A DNA stretch of 34,128 nt from Octopus bimaculoides (GCF_001194135.2 NC_068981.1:52143169-52177296); one strand, 5' to 3'; positions 21,936-34,128 are shown, counted from the first letter of the stretch. The notes: generated by a model not told the origin, from the sequence alone. Made by a program: numbers and translations.

Positions 21936-23616
21936 ATGGGAAAAAGAAATCTAACTGTTAATAACGAGGATACCAGGGAGAAACAAAGTTTTTCAGCCGC
22001 GGTGGGTGGCAACGTGACCGAGCTTGAAGTCACCGTGGAACAACTTTTTAATGCCAAAACAGTTGTATACAAGATATATAACATCAAAAAGAAAATGATA
22101 ATGGATGTTAAAAATGAAGCAGTAGAGAAATGTATGACGCCAATATGGCATAAAGTTCGCTACGTTAGTCGAGGGGCGAGAAGTGCCACTATCGAGGAAA
22201 CGGTTCGAGTCGGCTATCGAAGCAAAGGAAGTGTCAATAGAAACGTTAATGAACGACGAGATAACGCTGCTACCCACTTACTTGGGTCGCAGGATCGCAA
22301 AGATAACAGTTGACGAAATCCCGGTACGGTATGAGGTAATGTAGGTAGTGGCTGCAGTCGTGTACGACGTAGAAGAAATTTCGATTTTGCAAATGAAGAA
22401 AAAGGAAGCAGTGAACTGGCGAGTACAATCATTAGAAATGGTCGTTCAAGCGGCCAATGCGACCCTCGAAAATTTGCCCGATAAGGTGTTTGTAGGGGAG
22501 GAGCTATCCATGCGGGTAGCGGTGGAAGGACGTAGGCCCAGATGCTTCAAATGTGAAGAGAAGGGCCACGTCCGTTCCAAATGCACAAGAAAAAAGATGG
22601 TGATACCCTTCCCCAAAAAGCCACGAACGAGAAAACAGAAAAGACCGCGACAAAGAGAGAGAAAAACAAAGAAGGCACAAAAAAGAAAAACGAAGTGGTA
22701 ACCAAAGAAGATACGGTTAAAGATAAGGAAAACGAAGAAATGGACTTTACTACAGTCACTCACAAAAGAAAAAAAACACACGTTCCCGACTCCCCTCCCC
22801 AAACAAAAAATCAACAAAAACAACGACAGCAAACACATAGAACCAAACTCCCCAATCCAACCTCATGGTAAAACCATTTGCCAAACTCCTCCCCAAGAAA
22901 AAATTGCAATGTTTAGTGAGAAAAACGAACCATAAGCAACGATTATCAGCACCATCACAGGGCGAGAGTGTATAAGCAAATTAAAGACACACCAAAAAAT
23001 GTGAGATTCGTAAAAATGGACAAAAAATTTTTTCAGAGCTGAAATTTCGCTATCAAGAAGATATAAGAGATGTCAGCTTCGAGATAGCAGAGGGGAGGCT
23101 AATTGTAAGCCCAGCCGCCACACCTAGAAAAAGCCCAGCGGCTACACCAAGTAAAGAGGAAGGTGGATTTGTGCAGCCTCTCCCCAAACTCAAACTGTAA
23201 GTACTCCTTTTCAAACTTTTTGTACCATGTTGATTAAGTTAGGATGTATGAATATGCGTGGTCTGGGGTCGAAATGGAAGCAAGATTGTTTCCTGCACGA
23301 CCTCAGGTCACATGATGTAGATGTATGCAGCGTAACTGAGTCCAAGATGAGTGGACCACAAGCGTTCTCGCCTCTCTTGAATGGCTATGAGAAATTTATT
23401 TCTCCTAGCCTACAAGGAGGAGGGGGATTGGCGGTCTTATTCAGGAAGAACTTGGACGTACAGGTAAGTTCAGTCTTTCTGAACCCAGAAGGTAGGCTGG
23501 TCGATGTGAACCACGTGATTAAACAGTCTTTCAGGTTGATAGCTGTCTACGCTCCTAAGGAGGGTAGGCAGTCTGGTTTTTATCGAGACTTAGAGCACTT
23601 TCTAATGACGTCAAAT
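21936..23616 (+). mobile_element. L1/Tx1-clade LINE, 5' part only: ORF1 (frameshifted, CCHC knuckle) and start of ORF2 (APE endonuclease)
   Basis: ORF1 ATG at 21936, RPRCFKCEEKGHVRSKC knuckle, Lys-rich tail, stop at 23198-23200. ORF2 from 23227: LGCMNMRGL...VCSVTE...GGGLAVLFRK...EGRLV...FRLIAVYAP. Breaks off before the GDFN motif. Confidence 0.88.
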
Positions 23617-23804
23617 TAGTGTGATTGACGAGGCCACACAGGATGCTATTCATAGGTGCCGTTTTCCTATCATTTGTTTTGTTTTTGTCATTGTTTTTAT
23701 GCGGTAAAGAATGCTTTTATACGAATCAGTTAGTGTCACAGAAAATTAGCAAATATTTGCATTTTAATATATGCTTACTTGTCTAAGCATAGACACTCCA
23801 TATA

Positions 23805-24021
23805 TTGATTTCATATTTTAGCTCAAGGCCAGCAAGTTCGAGGAAGGAGGCTAGTTGATGTAATCGACCCCAGTACTCAACTGGTACTTATTTCATTCAC
23901 CTCTGAAGGGATAAAAGGCAAAGTCGGCCTCGGTGGAATTTGAACTCAGAACTTAAAGACGGACGAAATGCCACTAAGCATTTTGCCCAACGCGGTAACG
24001 ATTCTGCCAGTTCGCCACCCT
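23805..24021 (-). mobile_element. tRNA-derived SINE family A
   Basis: Reverse complement of the family A sequence (agggtggcgaactggcagaatcgtta...gagttcaaattccaccgaggccgactttgcc...gtactggggtcgattacatcaac). Confidence 0.85.
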
Positions 24022-24675
24022 ACATACCCCATATATTTCTCCGTATTTCATATCAAATGATTTATTTTGCAGTTGTGCTGTCACAGGTTGGGTCGGAAGA
24101 CTGCTGAATTACAAACAAAATGTATGATAGCTTAAATCGGCGCAAAATTTCCAAAAGACTTAAGCCTCGAAGCTAGCCCCATTTTCCATAGGTTTTAGTA
24201 GTCGCTAAGTCTAGTTGCTTTTCATACTTAATTCCGTTGCTATGAGGAGTGTAACGAAACGACAAAAGCGCTATAATTATTAGAGGGTCGTTCATTCACT
24301 TTACCTGCTAAAGTCAAATCCTCTATAGAAATCGGGAAAACAACGCAAAAGTACGCGAGTACACAGTATTGAGCCAGCCAGACCACTTCTCCCCAATTGT
24401 TTCGGTTACCCTTGCCATTAAATCTAAGTCCCTGTTTTAAATCTACCTGTGAGTTTTGTGCGTGTATGTTGAGTAGTTTACAGCATCCAACTCTGTCATG
24501 TTATACATGAGCGTCCATCACCAAATGTATTTACTAGCTGGCTACATGATGACATGTGATCGAAAATGGAAGAGAGAAAGAACACCAAAATAAGTGCTTT
24601 ACGATATTTTAGTTTGATACTTCCTTATTTTGTATTCAGCCAAAACTGACTGAATTTGATCCCTCCGAGATCTAT

Positions 24676-24711
24676 AAATGTCTGCTATTGCTGTTGCAAT
24701 AGCAGACATTT
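24676..24711. repeat. Perfect 16-bp inverted repeat with 4-nt spacer
   Basis: aaatgtctgctattgc-tgtt-gcaatagcagacattt. Confidence 0.9.
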
Positions 24712-25079
24712 TTGTTGTCGTCGCCGTCGTCGTCGTTGTTATTGTCGTAGCTGTCGTAGACGTTGTTGTTCTTGTTTAGCCCCGAAGACAATTATGATGA
24801 AGTAGACCTATGATCAAAAGAATTCCAGTCATGACCACTCAGTCACTTTTTCTTTTTCTTTTTGTTTGTTTTTTTTAGTTTTCAAGTATTGCGTGCTCCA
24901 GACTACATTATCCAAAATATTTTTCAAAGAAGCAGTGGTGTGTGGTTATAGGGAGATATGGCTGCTATATTTAACAGGTAGAACGGTCAAATAAGAACCC
25001 TCCCTCCTATTTCATACATCTGAATGAATTTCAGTGTAGTGCTAAGTTAGATTCAATCGATAACAATGAATTCACAGAG

Positions 25080-25190
25080 CCATTAGAAAGCCGGATAGAA
25101 TGCCTAGCAGAATTTTTTTCTGGCTGTCTGCGCTCTGAGTTCAAATCCCGCAGAGGCCAACTTTGCTTTTCAATCCAACAGTACCAGTTA
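25080..25190 (+). mobile_element. Degenerate, internally deleted family A SINE fragment
   Basis: ccggatagaatgcctagcag...ctgagttcaaatcccgcagaggccaactttgc...agtaccagtt. Confidence 0.55.
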
Positions 25191-25880
25191 TAAACTGGAG
25201 CTGATTTGTGTGTGAGGGTGGATATCAGTTAGATGAATGGGTCAAATTGTTTATAAGAATTCCGTTGATGTAATTGCGCTACTCACTCCAAGCTATTTCG
25301 TTCTTCTCTCTTTATACCGCTAATGACTTTGATAAATGCATGAACTTCACAACTTCTGACTTCATTAACTGTATACAGTTCTTGTGAATAGTCAAATGAA
25401 ATAAATATAATTTGGTTGATGACTTGAAAGTAATATATCAGGTCACAGCCTGCCCAGCTCATGACATGATTTCAATTCTCCGTTTAAGCTTGTAACTTAC
25501 ACTGCTAATGCTCTTGGAGATCAGATGACCTGAACATCGCAACATTACATTTCTTTTCAATAACTTTGTCGCCTTCTACTTAAATCACAAAAACAAATGT
25601 ACAAAAGTCCTTTTGAACGAAGCAAAATCATCACTGCTTAAGGGAATCGAATCTCTTTCAAATGTATAATATTATGTCTTACCAAGTAAGCTTAAAACTA
25701 CTGTATTAAGCCTTATTCTTTACCGCGTATATGTACACGCATACCCATATACACATATGCACACACAGATACGTGTTTTTCACTGTGCAATCTTATCTTT
25801 GTTTACATCAATATGGTTTTAGAGAAGGTTTACCCTGTGTTATACTTCACACCGAATAGCGAGTATACATACATATAAGC

Positions 25881-25929
<49 letters not shown>

Positions 25930-26843
25930 AGTATACGTATGTAGTCAGCATAAAAAACTTCACCTTTATGGAACATCAATCTGCAGCGATTGAAAGGCAG
26001 TATTCGATTTATGTGGCGCCAATAACCCTATGGTCAGGATTTGATTTGGTTTCGTTATTTTTCTTTCTTTCTTTCTTTCTTTTGTGTTTTATTTTTTCTT
26101 TTTATTTATTTTATTCACTTTTTTACGTTTGAATTAATGTTTATCTAGAAAAGTATATTCGTTAAAACATAGATAATCGACTTTTTCAAACTAAGACAAG
26201 GCCACAAACTTCTTGCCACCATGAAATAACTGAAAGCTTTTTTACGTGACTTTTTTCCTTCTATACTACCTCTTTCTCTATCTCTATTTTCCACTTTTAC
26301 TTTCACTTTCACTTTCACTCTCTCCCTCCTCTCTCTCTCTCTTTATTTCCCTATTTCTCTCTCTTTCCTTCACTAACTCTAATGTATATCAATCTGTCTA
26401 TCTACTAATCTATCTAGCTATCTTTAGTTTGTCTATCTTCTGTCTCTATTTCTCTATCTCATGCTCTCACATTTTCTTTCATGTTTTTCTTTTTCTATTT
26501 CTAACTTCATTTTTATATTCTTGCTTTATTTACCTTTTTTTTTTAAATTTCCACATTTTTACTGATTTAGCTTTAATCTTTCTTTATGTATTTTATACCA
26601 TTTTCAAAGACAAGCAGTTGCGTTAAAAGGGTTTTTTTTCTATATTTTTTTTCTGAAAAATATATATATAAATCAAAAACAACAAAAAATAATTGATGGC
26701 TCAATGCAATCTATGCATTGGCGGAAATCTAAGAGAGGTCTTTGTTGCTGCTATTGTAACAGATGTTGCTGATGATGTTGATTTTGTTTGTTACCCTTGT
26801 TGTTTGTTATTCTACTTGCTATTTACTGGCTTGTTTGTTGCTG

Positions 26844-26846
<3 letters not shown>

Positions 26847-26937
<91 letters not shown>
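26847..26937. repeat. (TG)n microsatellite, about 45 units
   Basis: Direct reading. Confidence 0.95.
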
Positions 26938-26939
<2 letters not shown>

Positions 26940-27304
26940 ATACCTTTCCCCATATCTCTTTTTTCCATCCATGAGATAGGAGTTTGTTAATGTCATTTCA
27001 ATATTGACGGGTTTTATTGACATCAAATCACGTTATAGAGAAATAAATAAAAAAATTAAAGAAATTAGAAGCAAAATGAATAATAAATAAACAAATAAAT
27101 AAAGCTAACACCCGAGTTCATTGTATTACAGAAATCTTACCGCACGTTTTAACAACAGCTTAACGAAGCACGCAATGCAAACACACACACAGTATATTGA
27201 AATACAGGAAGAAGAAACCTTCATTATATACATAAACAAACACACACAGACACAGGCACACGCACTCACACACACACACTTACACAATACATACATTCAT
27301 TCAT

Positions 27305-27305
<1 letters not shown>

Positions 27306-27367
<62 letters not shown>
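27306..27367. repeat. (ATAG)n microsatellite
   Basis: Direct reading. Confidence 0.95.
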
Positions 27368-27369
<2 letters not shown>

Positions 27370-28284
27370 CAGGCAGACATATATACATATGTATGTAAGC
27401 TGATATGAACAGGCGCATGTGTGTGAGTCTGTCTGTATGTGTGCCTGTGTGAGTAGATACATTTTTATATATTCAAGTACATACATAAATGTTATTATCA
27501 TCAACATTATCATCATCATCAAAGACATACTCCTCACACACACACACACACAGAATGCACTTATATANNNNNNNNNNNNNNNNNNNNNNNNNNNNNNNNN
27601 NNNNNNNNNNNNNNNNNNNNNNNNNNNNNNNNNNNNNNNNNNNNNNNNNNNNNNNNNNNNNNNNNNNNNNNNNNNNNNNNNNNNNNNNNNNNNNNNNNNN
27701 NNNNNNNNNNNNNNNNNNNNNNNNNNNNNNNNNNNNNNNNNNNNNNNNNNNNNNNNNNNNNNNNNNNNNNNNNNNNNNNNNNNNNNNNNNNNNNNNNNNN
27801 NNNNNNNNNNNNNNNNNNNNNNNNNNNNNNNNNNNNNNNNNNNNNNNNNNNNNNNNNNNNNNNNNNNNNNNNNNNNNNNNNNNNNNNNNNNNNNNNNNNN
27901 NNNNNNNNNNNNNNNNNNNNNNNNNNNNNNNNNNNNNNNNNNNNNNNNNNNNNNNNNNNNNNNNNNNNNNNNNNNNNNNNNNNNNNNNNNNNNNNNNNNN
28001 NNNNNNNNNNNNNNNNNNNNNNNNNNNNNNNNNNNNNNNNNNNNNNNNNNNNNNNNNNNNNNNNNNNNNNNNNNNNNNNNNNNNNNNNNNNNNNNNNNNN
28101 NNNNNNNNNNNNNNNNNNNNNNNNNNNNNNNNNNNNNNNNNNNNNNNNNNNNNNNNNNNNNNNNNNNNNNNNNNNNNNNNNNNNNNNNNNNNNNNNNNNN
28201 NNNNNNNNNNNNNNNNNNNNNNNNNNNNNNNNNNNNNNNNNNNNNNNNNNNNNNNNNNNNNNNNNACGCACTTAGACATACGTA

Positions 28285-28319
<35 letters not shown>

Positions 28320-29305
28320 GCATGTATATATGTGTGTATGTGTGTGCATGCGTATCTGTGTGTGCGCGCGCGTGCGCGCGTGTGTATAAGTATGTATTCA
28401 CATATTCATCATGAACTGTAATCTCGGACATGAACAGAAAACATTGCTGTCGGTTGTTTAATGGAAAAATGAATGCACGTTCTGTTGTGGACAGAGGGAA
28501 ATACTTAAAAGTGACTGATAAAATCAAAATCCAACAGAGCCACTTCATACAAATATCTCCTACCCTCTTCCTGCATGAAGGACAAGATTAAGAGGTTTTG
28601 AAAGAGAACAAACACACATAACTAGGATTTCATAAGGCTACTAGAATCCAGTATGCATGTATGCGTGCATCAACACACGGATGTGCGTGTGTTAGGATGC
28701 AATAAATATTGATGTAATGAACTAAAACATATTCGAACGCTATTTCCCATATCACACTTGAGTGCATACACACAGTACTACATCCCACAAACACACACGC
28801 ACACACGCACACGCACACACATACACACACATATGCTACACACAAACAATTTTAATTGATTTAAAACGAAACACTTTGCCGTGTTGCTACATTAATACAC
28901 AAACACAGACACGCACATACACGCACACACAGAGTAATTTTTTACAAACTTACACACAGATTGTATCGGTCCACAGAGATATTTCATAACTCTGATAATA
29001 AAGGATATTTTTATGGTGTTGGTGGAGAGGCTGATTGGGCAATTAAAGATACCTCATTACACCGGTGGTGATGGTGGTGATGGTGCTGTTGCTTCTTCTG
29101 CTACTGCTGCTGCCTTAATTATAATTATCTGTATTATCAGATAAGGCGGTGGGTTTATTGTCAGAACTGGTAGAACGCAAGACTTAGTTTTGATTTCAAA
29201 TCTCGCTAGAGCCAGTAAAGAAGTATGCACCAACTAGATATTTGATAAATTCAATCGATCAGTCACTTCCCCATATATCTGTAGCTTCATCCTAACCTAA
29301 GAAAT

Positions 29306-29423
29306 TATTATAACTATTATTATTATTATTATTATTGTTGTTGTTGTTGTTGTTGTTGTTGTTATTGTTGTTGTTGTTATTGTTGTTGTTGTTGCTGTTG
29401 TTGTTGTTGTTGTTGTCGTTATC

Positions 29424-29474
<51 letters not shown>
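29306..29474. repeat. (TTA)n/(TTG)n compound microsatellite
   Basis: Direct reading; lies directly upstream of the SINE array. Confidence 0.95.
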
Positions 29475-29476
<2 letters not shown>

Positions 29477-30550
29477 GGCGGCGAGCTAGCAAAATCTTTA
29501 GCACGGTGGGGGAAAATGCTTAGTGGCATGTTGTCCGTCTCTACGTTCTAAGTTCAAATTCCGCCGAGGTCGACTTTGCCTTTCATCCTTTCGGGGCCGA
29601 CAAAATAAGTACCAGTTGAATACTGGGGTCGATGTAATCGATTCATCCTCTCCACCAAAATTGCTGCCCTTGTGGCAAAATTTGAAACAATTAAAGGCAG
29701 TGAGCTGGCAGAGTCGTTAGCACGCTGGACGAAATACTTAGCGGTTTTTCGCTCGTCGCTACGTTCTGTGTCCAAATTCCGCCAAAGTCGACTTTGCCTT
29801 TCATCATTTCGGAGTCAATAAATCAAGTACCAGGTGAGTACTGGGGTCGATGTAATCGACTATCTCCACCTCCCAAATTTCAGGCCTTGTGTCTATGGTA
29901 GAAAGGATTATTATCATTTTTTTTAATACAACGAGCTGACAGAACCGTTTGCACGCCAGGCAAAATGCTAAGCGGCATTTCGTCCGTCTACACGTTCTGC
30001 GTTCAAATTCGACTGAAGTCGACTTCACCTTTCATCCTTTCAAGTTCGATAAAAAGTACCATTTTGAGTACTGGGGTCGATGTAATCAACTTATCACTTC
30101 CCAGAAAATTGCTGGCCTTATGCCGAAATCTGAAACCTTTATTATTATTTTAACACGGCGAGCTGACAGATTTGTCAGTAAGTTGGACAAAGTGTTAAGC
30201 GGCATTTTCACCGGCTTTCTACGTTCTCGGCAAATTCTGCCAAGGTCGACTTTGTTTTCATTCTTCCGGAGTTGATATAATCGACTTAGCTCCTCCCACA
30301 ATAGTTTAGGCTTTGTGCCTTTGGTAGGAAGGATTATCATTATTATTCTAAGACAGCTAGCTGACAGAATCGTTAAATAAACCGTTTAACGGCAGTTTTT
30401 CCACCTCAAATCCCGCCGAGATCAACTTTGCCTTTAATCCTTTCAGACACGATAATATAAAATAGCAGTCAAGTAAGAGAGAGCGATGTAATCGGCTTGA
30501 CCTTTCTCCTCATAATAGCCAGCCTTGTGCCAAAGTTAGAAAGAATTACT
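29475..30550 (+). mobile_element. Head-to-tail array of five family A SINEs
   Basis: Units at about 29475-29692, 29693-29916, 29925-30148, 30152-30347 and 30350-30550. Each has a gcgagctg(g/a)cagaa head, B box, gtcgactttgcc body and a short ATT-type tail. Confidence 0.9.
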
Positions 30551-31400
30551 GTTGATGATGTGGTTTAAAATGGAAAACATTCCTTTGGTAAATATAAGAT
30601 TAAAATATTTTTGCATTCGTCTATCGAATAATATCGAAAGCTAGGGAAACGAAGATACTGAACTGTTTTTAAGAGATTTTTAATTTAATTTTTGATAAGA
30701 GTTTGACAATGAGAGGGGAAGAATATAATAGGGGAAAGATGAGTTGCTAACATCTTTCATCCAGTATCCTAACCGATAAATATAGTTAATATTGAAGTGG
30801 GTGCTAAAATACTTGAGTGAATTGAGAAATTTTAATTAATTAAACTTATGCCCGGGGTAATTGGAAAGAAAAACATTAGTTTGACTTTGGCAAGGAAAAC
30901 AACCCTGGAATTTAAATTATTACAATAGCACTTAATGAAACAACAGTAACACTAATTGCAACATGAACAGAGGTGAATATCGCTTACATTGCTTTGGATA
31001 CTTTTCCCCACAAGACGATATCAAAAAAGGACGTAGATTTTCTGCTGGAATATTTTAATCATTGTTTAGAAAGATTCGATGTTTTTATACACTCCATCTG
31101 AGTTTTGAGGTATTACGTCGAATGATGGACCGGAAAACAATGAAGCTGAAGTGTTTACAGAGTCGACTCCTGGATAGTGAGGAGGTACGGTGGTTTTTCA
31201 TTGGGTAGTCATTTCTACAATTAATCAGCTCCTCCGAGTTAAATTCCGAGACAAATGCAAGTTGATTGGATGAGTTCCTTGCACCCTGAATATTAGTAAG
31301 TACTCACTGCATGCTGTCTTCTGGACAACATAGTAATACATCCACTCTTGCATTCTATATTATAGAATTCACAGAGAGAATCTATGATGATGCCCTAGAG

Positions 31401-31692
31401 CAGAGGTTCTCAAACGTTTTGAGCCACCGCCCCACTCATGGCCATATAATTCTTCTCCAAAGTTACGTTTATTCAGTGTCAGGATCATGAAAGTAGGATG
31501 CTGTTCTGGTTGGGCAGAAGATGGGCGCTGATAGGCTCTGTTAAATTTGCCGTTGGTTCAAAAAGCCCCACAGGATCGCGGGAAATGTCTCACGGGTCGC
31601 ACCTAATGGAAATCCGGACAAGGCACCGCGGGCCGCACGGGAGGAGCTCGCGGGCCGTATTTGGCTCGCGGGCCGCAGATTGCCAACGCCTG
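31401..31692. mobile_element. hAT (Charlie-like) MITE with perfect 8-bp TSD
   Basis: TSD ccctagag at 31393-31400 and 31693-31700. Left end cagaggttctcaaac; right end (reverse complement) caggcgttggcaatctgcggcccgcgag; subterminal gcgggccg repeats. Confidence 0.88.
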
Positions 31693-32337
31693 CCCTAGAG
31701 AATACACTGCTATCAACGAAGGAAAACAGGACATCTTCCTAAGACTTATGAGACCGATGGCTACAGAATATTTCTGATTATATTTGACCGATTAGTGCTC
31801 ATAGTCGAATGGGGTAAAGAACTACGACTAAGAGGATGTTCCAAAGATGAGAAGAAAATAAGAACATCTCACTATTTCCAAGTACCCGATAGTTATCGCT
31901 CTGGAGTAATCTGTCGAACAATCACCTTTCCTGATGGCTTCTCCAAAGAAGGAAAAGTAGTGCTCATCGCCTTTTCCAGAACCTCAGATGGAAGGAATGA
32001 GTGAAATTATTCTCAGATAGGAGACTTGATTCGAATGCTTGCACTATAGAGGACTCCGCAAAAGGCACCCAAGATAATGGTTTTGAACCGGATGACAGAA
32101 TATTTCTACTCAGGAACGGGAACAGTCTCTCCAACGAAGTGCTTCAGTTTCTGTCTACTATATTTCACTGACAAAACTTTTGTTGACTCAGGGCTACGGT
32201 AGAAAGCGTTACTGCATGTAAGAAGGTCTAGCCTGAAAATCAAATATATTATAGAGATAATTGCTTACAGAACAGAACGAGGAGAATTAATTTTGGCAAA
32301 ACTTAAGACGAATTTCATGAAAGAACGATCAATTCAT

Positions 32338-32683
32338 CTTCTGTCTTTTATTTGCTTCGGTCGTTAGACTGCAGCCATGCGGGGGTACCGCCTTGAAAGG
32401 CTTCGTCGAACAAATCGGACCCAGTACTTTATCATTCTCTGCTTTGTCGAACGTTTATGGGGTCGTAAACAAACCGATACTAATTATCAAGTGGTGGGGC
32501 GGTAAATACAAACACACACACATACATACATACATACATATACACGACGAGCTTCTTTCAGTTTCCGTCTACTAAACTACTCACAAGATTTTGGCCTTCT
32601 CGGGGTAGTGTCATGCAGTGGGACTGAACCCGTAACAATGTAGTTGGGAAGCAAACTTCTACCGACATAGCTACGTTGGTGCC
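32338..32683 (-). mobile_element. tRNA-derived SINE family B (degenerate, internal deletions)
   Basis: Reverse complement of family B: head aggcaccaacgtagctatgtcggtagaagtttgcttccc, B box gggttcagtccc, gtagacggaaactgaaagaagc block, internal TG repeat, tail gcatggctgcagtctaacgaccgaagcaaataaaag. Confidence 0.8.
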
Positions 32684-33540
32684 TGTTTAATATTTTAGTA
32701 CAAATGACTTGATTATTTTAGAACTTATGTTTAGATCGTGTTTTGGAGCACGAAATAACTGATAGATATAACTATTCATGGATAGAAAGGCAATTTATTA
32801 AACTTAACATTTCAAGATTATTTGGTACCTATTCCCAACAGCTGATGAACGTAGGCGCATAGCAGAATTGAACTCATAAACTAGAAGATTCTAACTAGGG
32901 ATGTACCAAGCTAGATAACGTCAAGTAACTAATCTATCTATATACGTCTCTGCAAACGAGAGTGAGTAAATAACCAATCTTATATATTCAATGTTTCTTT
33001 ATATATATCAAGTTCGAATAATAAACAGTCCGGGGATAAATTTAATTGGTGTTATATGCTGGATAGTCCGGACCAAAAGTTAAGGTCACACGTCGAATAC
33101 TACATAAACTTCTTGAAGGATAATGTTCTTGTCGGAAACTTTTCTTTGCCTGTAAACATAACATGACTAAATGGAGGGTGGCTGAGCAAGATCAGGATGT
33201 CATCAATAATAGTAAAGATATCATTATTAAAAGATCATGATAGCTTGACATTCATATCATTCAATATCGCACAAACATTTTCCCCGCTAACGGCAGAATG
33301 ATATAAATCGTAACGCAGCTTTCTCTAAACATCTCTTAATTAAGTTCTCTCAATACCTTACCTTTCCCACCTCTCTCTCACCCTATCTCCCCCTCTCTTA
33401 CACATTCATTCTCTCTCTCTTTCTCTCTCTCTCTCTCACGAACACACACAAACACACACACACTCACTCTCTCTCTCTCTATCCTCATAATATATCATAT
33501 ATTATATTGATCATATCATTCTATATTATATTATCCTTTC

Positions 33541-33790
33541 TTTCTTTTATTTTTCAGTGGTTTCAGTCGTAGAACTGCGGCCATGCTGGAGCACAGCCTT
33601 CAATTATTTTCTTTCAGTTTTGGTTTCGCGTTATGGCTGGAAATTGGTCTGTGATTGAGTTTCTAGCAGCTGATCTTCCTTGAGTGTATCCTTGAATGGT
33701 TGGCTGGTCTGGCATCATCATTATGAGTTTATCCAATGGTTTTGAATAGTTCAGAAGAGGTCCCTTTTATATTTTTGACTTCATCTCGTC
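33541..33790 (-). mobile_element. 3' end of a CR1/L2-like LINE
   Basis: Minus-strand translation EVKNIKGTSSELFKTxLDKLIMMMPDQPTIQGYTQGRSAARNSITDQ (cf. FKxxLDKxLxxxPDxP...RAAxxNSLxDQ), then tail gaaggctgtgctccagcatggccgcagttctacgactgaaacc...aaataaaa. Confidence 0.7.
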
Positions 33791-34128
33791 AGGGGAAAAA
33801 AGAGAAACAAAACACATCAAAAAGCCATTTTTCCCTGACGAGATGATTACATTGTTTTACATCATTTTATTCCCTCAGAAATAATACCAATATTTTCTTC
33901 GAAACATATGTCGGAAGTATAAAGATTTGCATAACACCTGCGTTTAATTATATTTCTTAATATATATATATACAAGGAAAAAAGTCAAGGTAGAAAGTGC
34001 TAAAATAATTCTATCATGAAAAACATTTTAGTACCGGTTTCAGATTGAGACTTTTTCAACTCTAAGTATGGAAAACAACTGAATTGTGGAAAAATTAAAT
34101 GAAAAGATTTTTAAAAACATATTTTCAT

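Noticed and set aside
24238-24268. ctatgag...cgaaacgac hammerhead-like string
   Set aside because: Core lacks G5, has no UH triplet and no stem I.
25501-25575. Possible minus-strand exon with GTAAGT donor
   Set aside because: Open in one frame only, with no recognisable product.
2159-28548. Long ORFs spanning N-gaps and microsatellites (poly-X, poly-L/V/T/R, YI and CV repeats)
   Set aside because: They are produced by N runs and simple repeats; no protein-like content.
29475-30550. R4/Dong-like elements as the partner of SINE family A; CRISPR-like array
   Set aside because: SINE tails are (ATT)n on the sense strand whereas the R4-like tails are (TAA)n, the opposite strand, and no shared 3' sequence is seen. 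Units are about 220-bp diverged SINEs without a repeat-spacer structure.
32841-32878. Possible terminal exon (ttcccaacag then DERRRIAELNS-stop)
   Set aside because: Too short to distinguish from chance; no upstream exons identified.

Overview
Repeat-rich eukaryotic non-coding DNA with six N-gaps and many microsatellites. The repeat families resemble octopus (coleoid cephalopod) repeats; that assignment is from recall, not a search. I find no intact host gene, rRNA, true tRNA or CRISPR array, and most listed ORFs are microsatellite or N-gap artefacts. The window holds decayed transposons: an RTE LINE (1-2130), R4/Dong-like RLE retrotransposon fragments, the 5' part of an L1/Tx1 element, two CR1/L2-like 3' ends, hAT and Tc1 transposase relics, a hAT MITE with a perfect 8-bp TSD, and two tRNA-derived SINE families, one forming a 5-copy head-to-tail array. 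The most interesting signal is three Penelope-like (PLE) loci with inverted terminal repeats, plus five type I minimal hammerhead-ribozyme motifs of two designs. In one PLE family the terminal repeat reads: end of GIY-YIG ORF, tRNA-like Pol III head, (TAA)n, hammerhead. All alignments and folds were done by eye.
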